This document shows, one piece after another, positions 62,923-64,000 of a stretch of 64,000 nucleotides of DNA. The position numbers and the translations under genes were made by a program. Origin of the DNA: Ignavibacteriota bacterium (GTDB taxonomy: Bacteria; Bacteroidota; Ignavibacteria; UBA10030; UBA6906); assembly GCA_963801355.1 (NCBI GenBank), contig CAWDEM010000004.1, forward strand, positions 1,120,001 through 1,184,000. The letters run 5' to 3'. Within the stretch, counting starts at the first letter, position 1. Each line of letters opens with the position of its first letter. The notes below the pieces were generated by a model, which was given only the letters and a program-made list of their open reading frames with translations, did not search any database and was not told where the DNA came from.

Positions 62923-64000
62923 TCAACTCTTCATACGCGAGAAGTGACGAAGGAGCAGAAACAGGGGATAGCCACCCAGAAGAAACAGGAGTCCCACCCA
63001 GACGGAACCCGGCTGTGAGAGGACGACATATACCGTAATCATGAGCAGCGTGAGAATGAACAGAGCGGGCAAAAGGGGGAACAACGGTGCTCTGTAGTAC
63101 CCCTCTGTTTCACCGATCCTGCGGGCGCGGAGAACGAACACGGTTGATGCGACGAGTGCGATGTTGATGGAATCGAAGAGCATAACATAGTTCATCAGGC
63201 GCTCGAATGTTCCGAGGAGGAAGATTGAGAGAACGATAATGCCGCCGAAGAAAAGGAGTGTGAACTCCTGCGCTTGCGTTCTGGGATTGACCTGCATGAA
63301 GCAATGCGGAATTGTGCCGTCAGCCGCCATCGCATAGTACGCACGAGGGATCGTCATCAGTGTCACGTTGAGAAACCCCATTGCTGAAAGAAAAATGGCA
63401 ATGGAGATGACGGTCTGTCCGTGTTCTCCAAACACCACGCGCGCCAGCTCTCCCGCAACGAGTTGTGACGATGCCACCCCCGCCATGCCGAGTACCGAGA
63501 CATAGCAGGCATTGATCAGGAGATACAGCCCCACAATGATCGCGATGCCGAAGAAGATTGCCCGTGGCATAGTGCGGGAAGCTGATCGGACGTCGGCGCC
63601 GAAATTGATGGTTTGCTGATACCCTCCGTAGGTATAGAACACCGAGATCATGCCGACACCGAGGCCGAGAAGCGGCGAAGTCATATCCGGCGTCGCCGCC
63701 GCGGGCGAAGCCGCCGCACCCCCCCTGGCAAACGATGCGCCGATGAGAGAGAGCACCATGATGATCTTGACAACAGTCAGGATGTTTTGAGTCCTGGCCC
63801 CCGCCTTGATCCCCAGGAAGTTTATCCCCAGAAGGAGCGTGACGAGTACCGCTGCAGTGCACTGTGCGTTGAGGGGAGTGCGGGCTTCCGGCGGGAGAAG
63901 AGCCGTGATCAGGTACTCGGCGCCGATCATTCCCACCGCTGCGCTCCCCACCCCGTTGACCAATGTGACGTTTGTGTAATTGAGCATGAACGCCACCGAC
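62923..64000 (-). CDS. APC-family amino acid permease; 5' end lies outside the window
   Basis: N.LG.KAG.RTQN.LT..K, YTYGGY, PRAI..G, PRAYYAMA.DG, YRAPLFP. Confidence 0.88.
   Translation of the reverse strand, partial: SVAFMLNYTNVTLVNGVGSAAVGMIGAEYLITALLPPEARTPLNAQCTAAVLVTLLLGINFLGIKAGARTQNILTVVKIIMVLSLIGASFARGGAAASPAAATPDMTSPLLGLGVGMISVFYTYGGYQQTINFGADVRSASRTMPRAIFFGIAIIVGLYLLINACYVSVLGMAGVASSQLVAGELARVVFGEHGQTVISIAIFLSAMGFLNVTLMTIPRAYYAMAADGTIPHCFMQVNPRTQAQEFTLLFFGGIIVLSIFLLGTFERLMNYVMLFDSINIALVASTVFVLRARRIGETEGYYRAPLFPLLPALFILTLLMITVYVVLSQPGSVWVGLLFLLGGYPLFLLLRHFSRMKS

Overview
A GC-rich (roughly 60% by eye) bacterial chromosome segment. Three type IX secretion (T9SS) C-terminal-domain proteins, a Bacteroidota-type glutaminyl cyclase-like lipoprotein and canonical TTGACA/TAnnnT sigma70 promoters suggest an Ignavibacteria/Chlorobi-related FCB-group organism (inference). 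The left 36 kb is mostly housekeeping: cysteine desulfurase, prmA, pcm, glgB, dacB, secA, glnB, era, uvrC, tRNA-Val(CAC), pyrR-pyrB-pyrC, an NtrY-like kinase, pgeF, glmS. It also carries secreted T9SS cargo (a multiheme c-type cytochrome, M6 and M1 peptidases) and one complete IS1182-family element inserted between the apparent glmS promoter and glmS. The right 28 kb is sugar catabolism. One part is a hexuronate operon using a LarA-family epimerase and gnd with no uxuA. The other is a D-arabinose/L-fucose-like pentose locus: GH172, ABC transporter, two isomerases, FGGY kinase, a URO-D/MtaA-like protein, a fucokinase-like GHMP kinase and galT. The best candidates for undescribed biology are the T9SS-exported multiheme cytochrome, the pentose locus with its orphan methyltransferase-fold protein, and the mannonate-epimerase route. 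All calls come from motif recognition by eye; no database searches were run.
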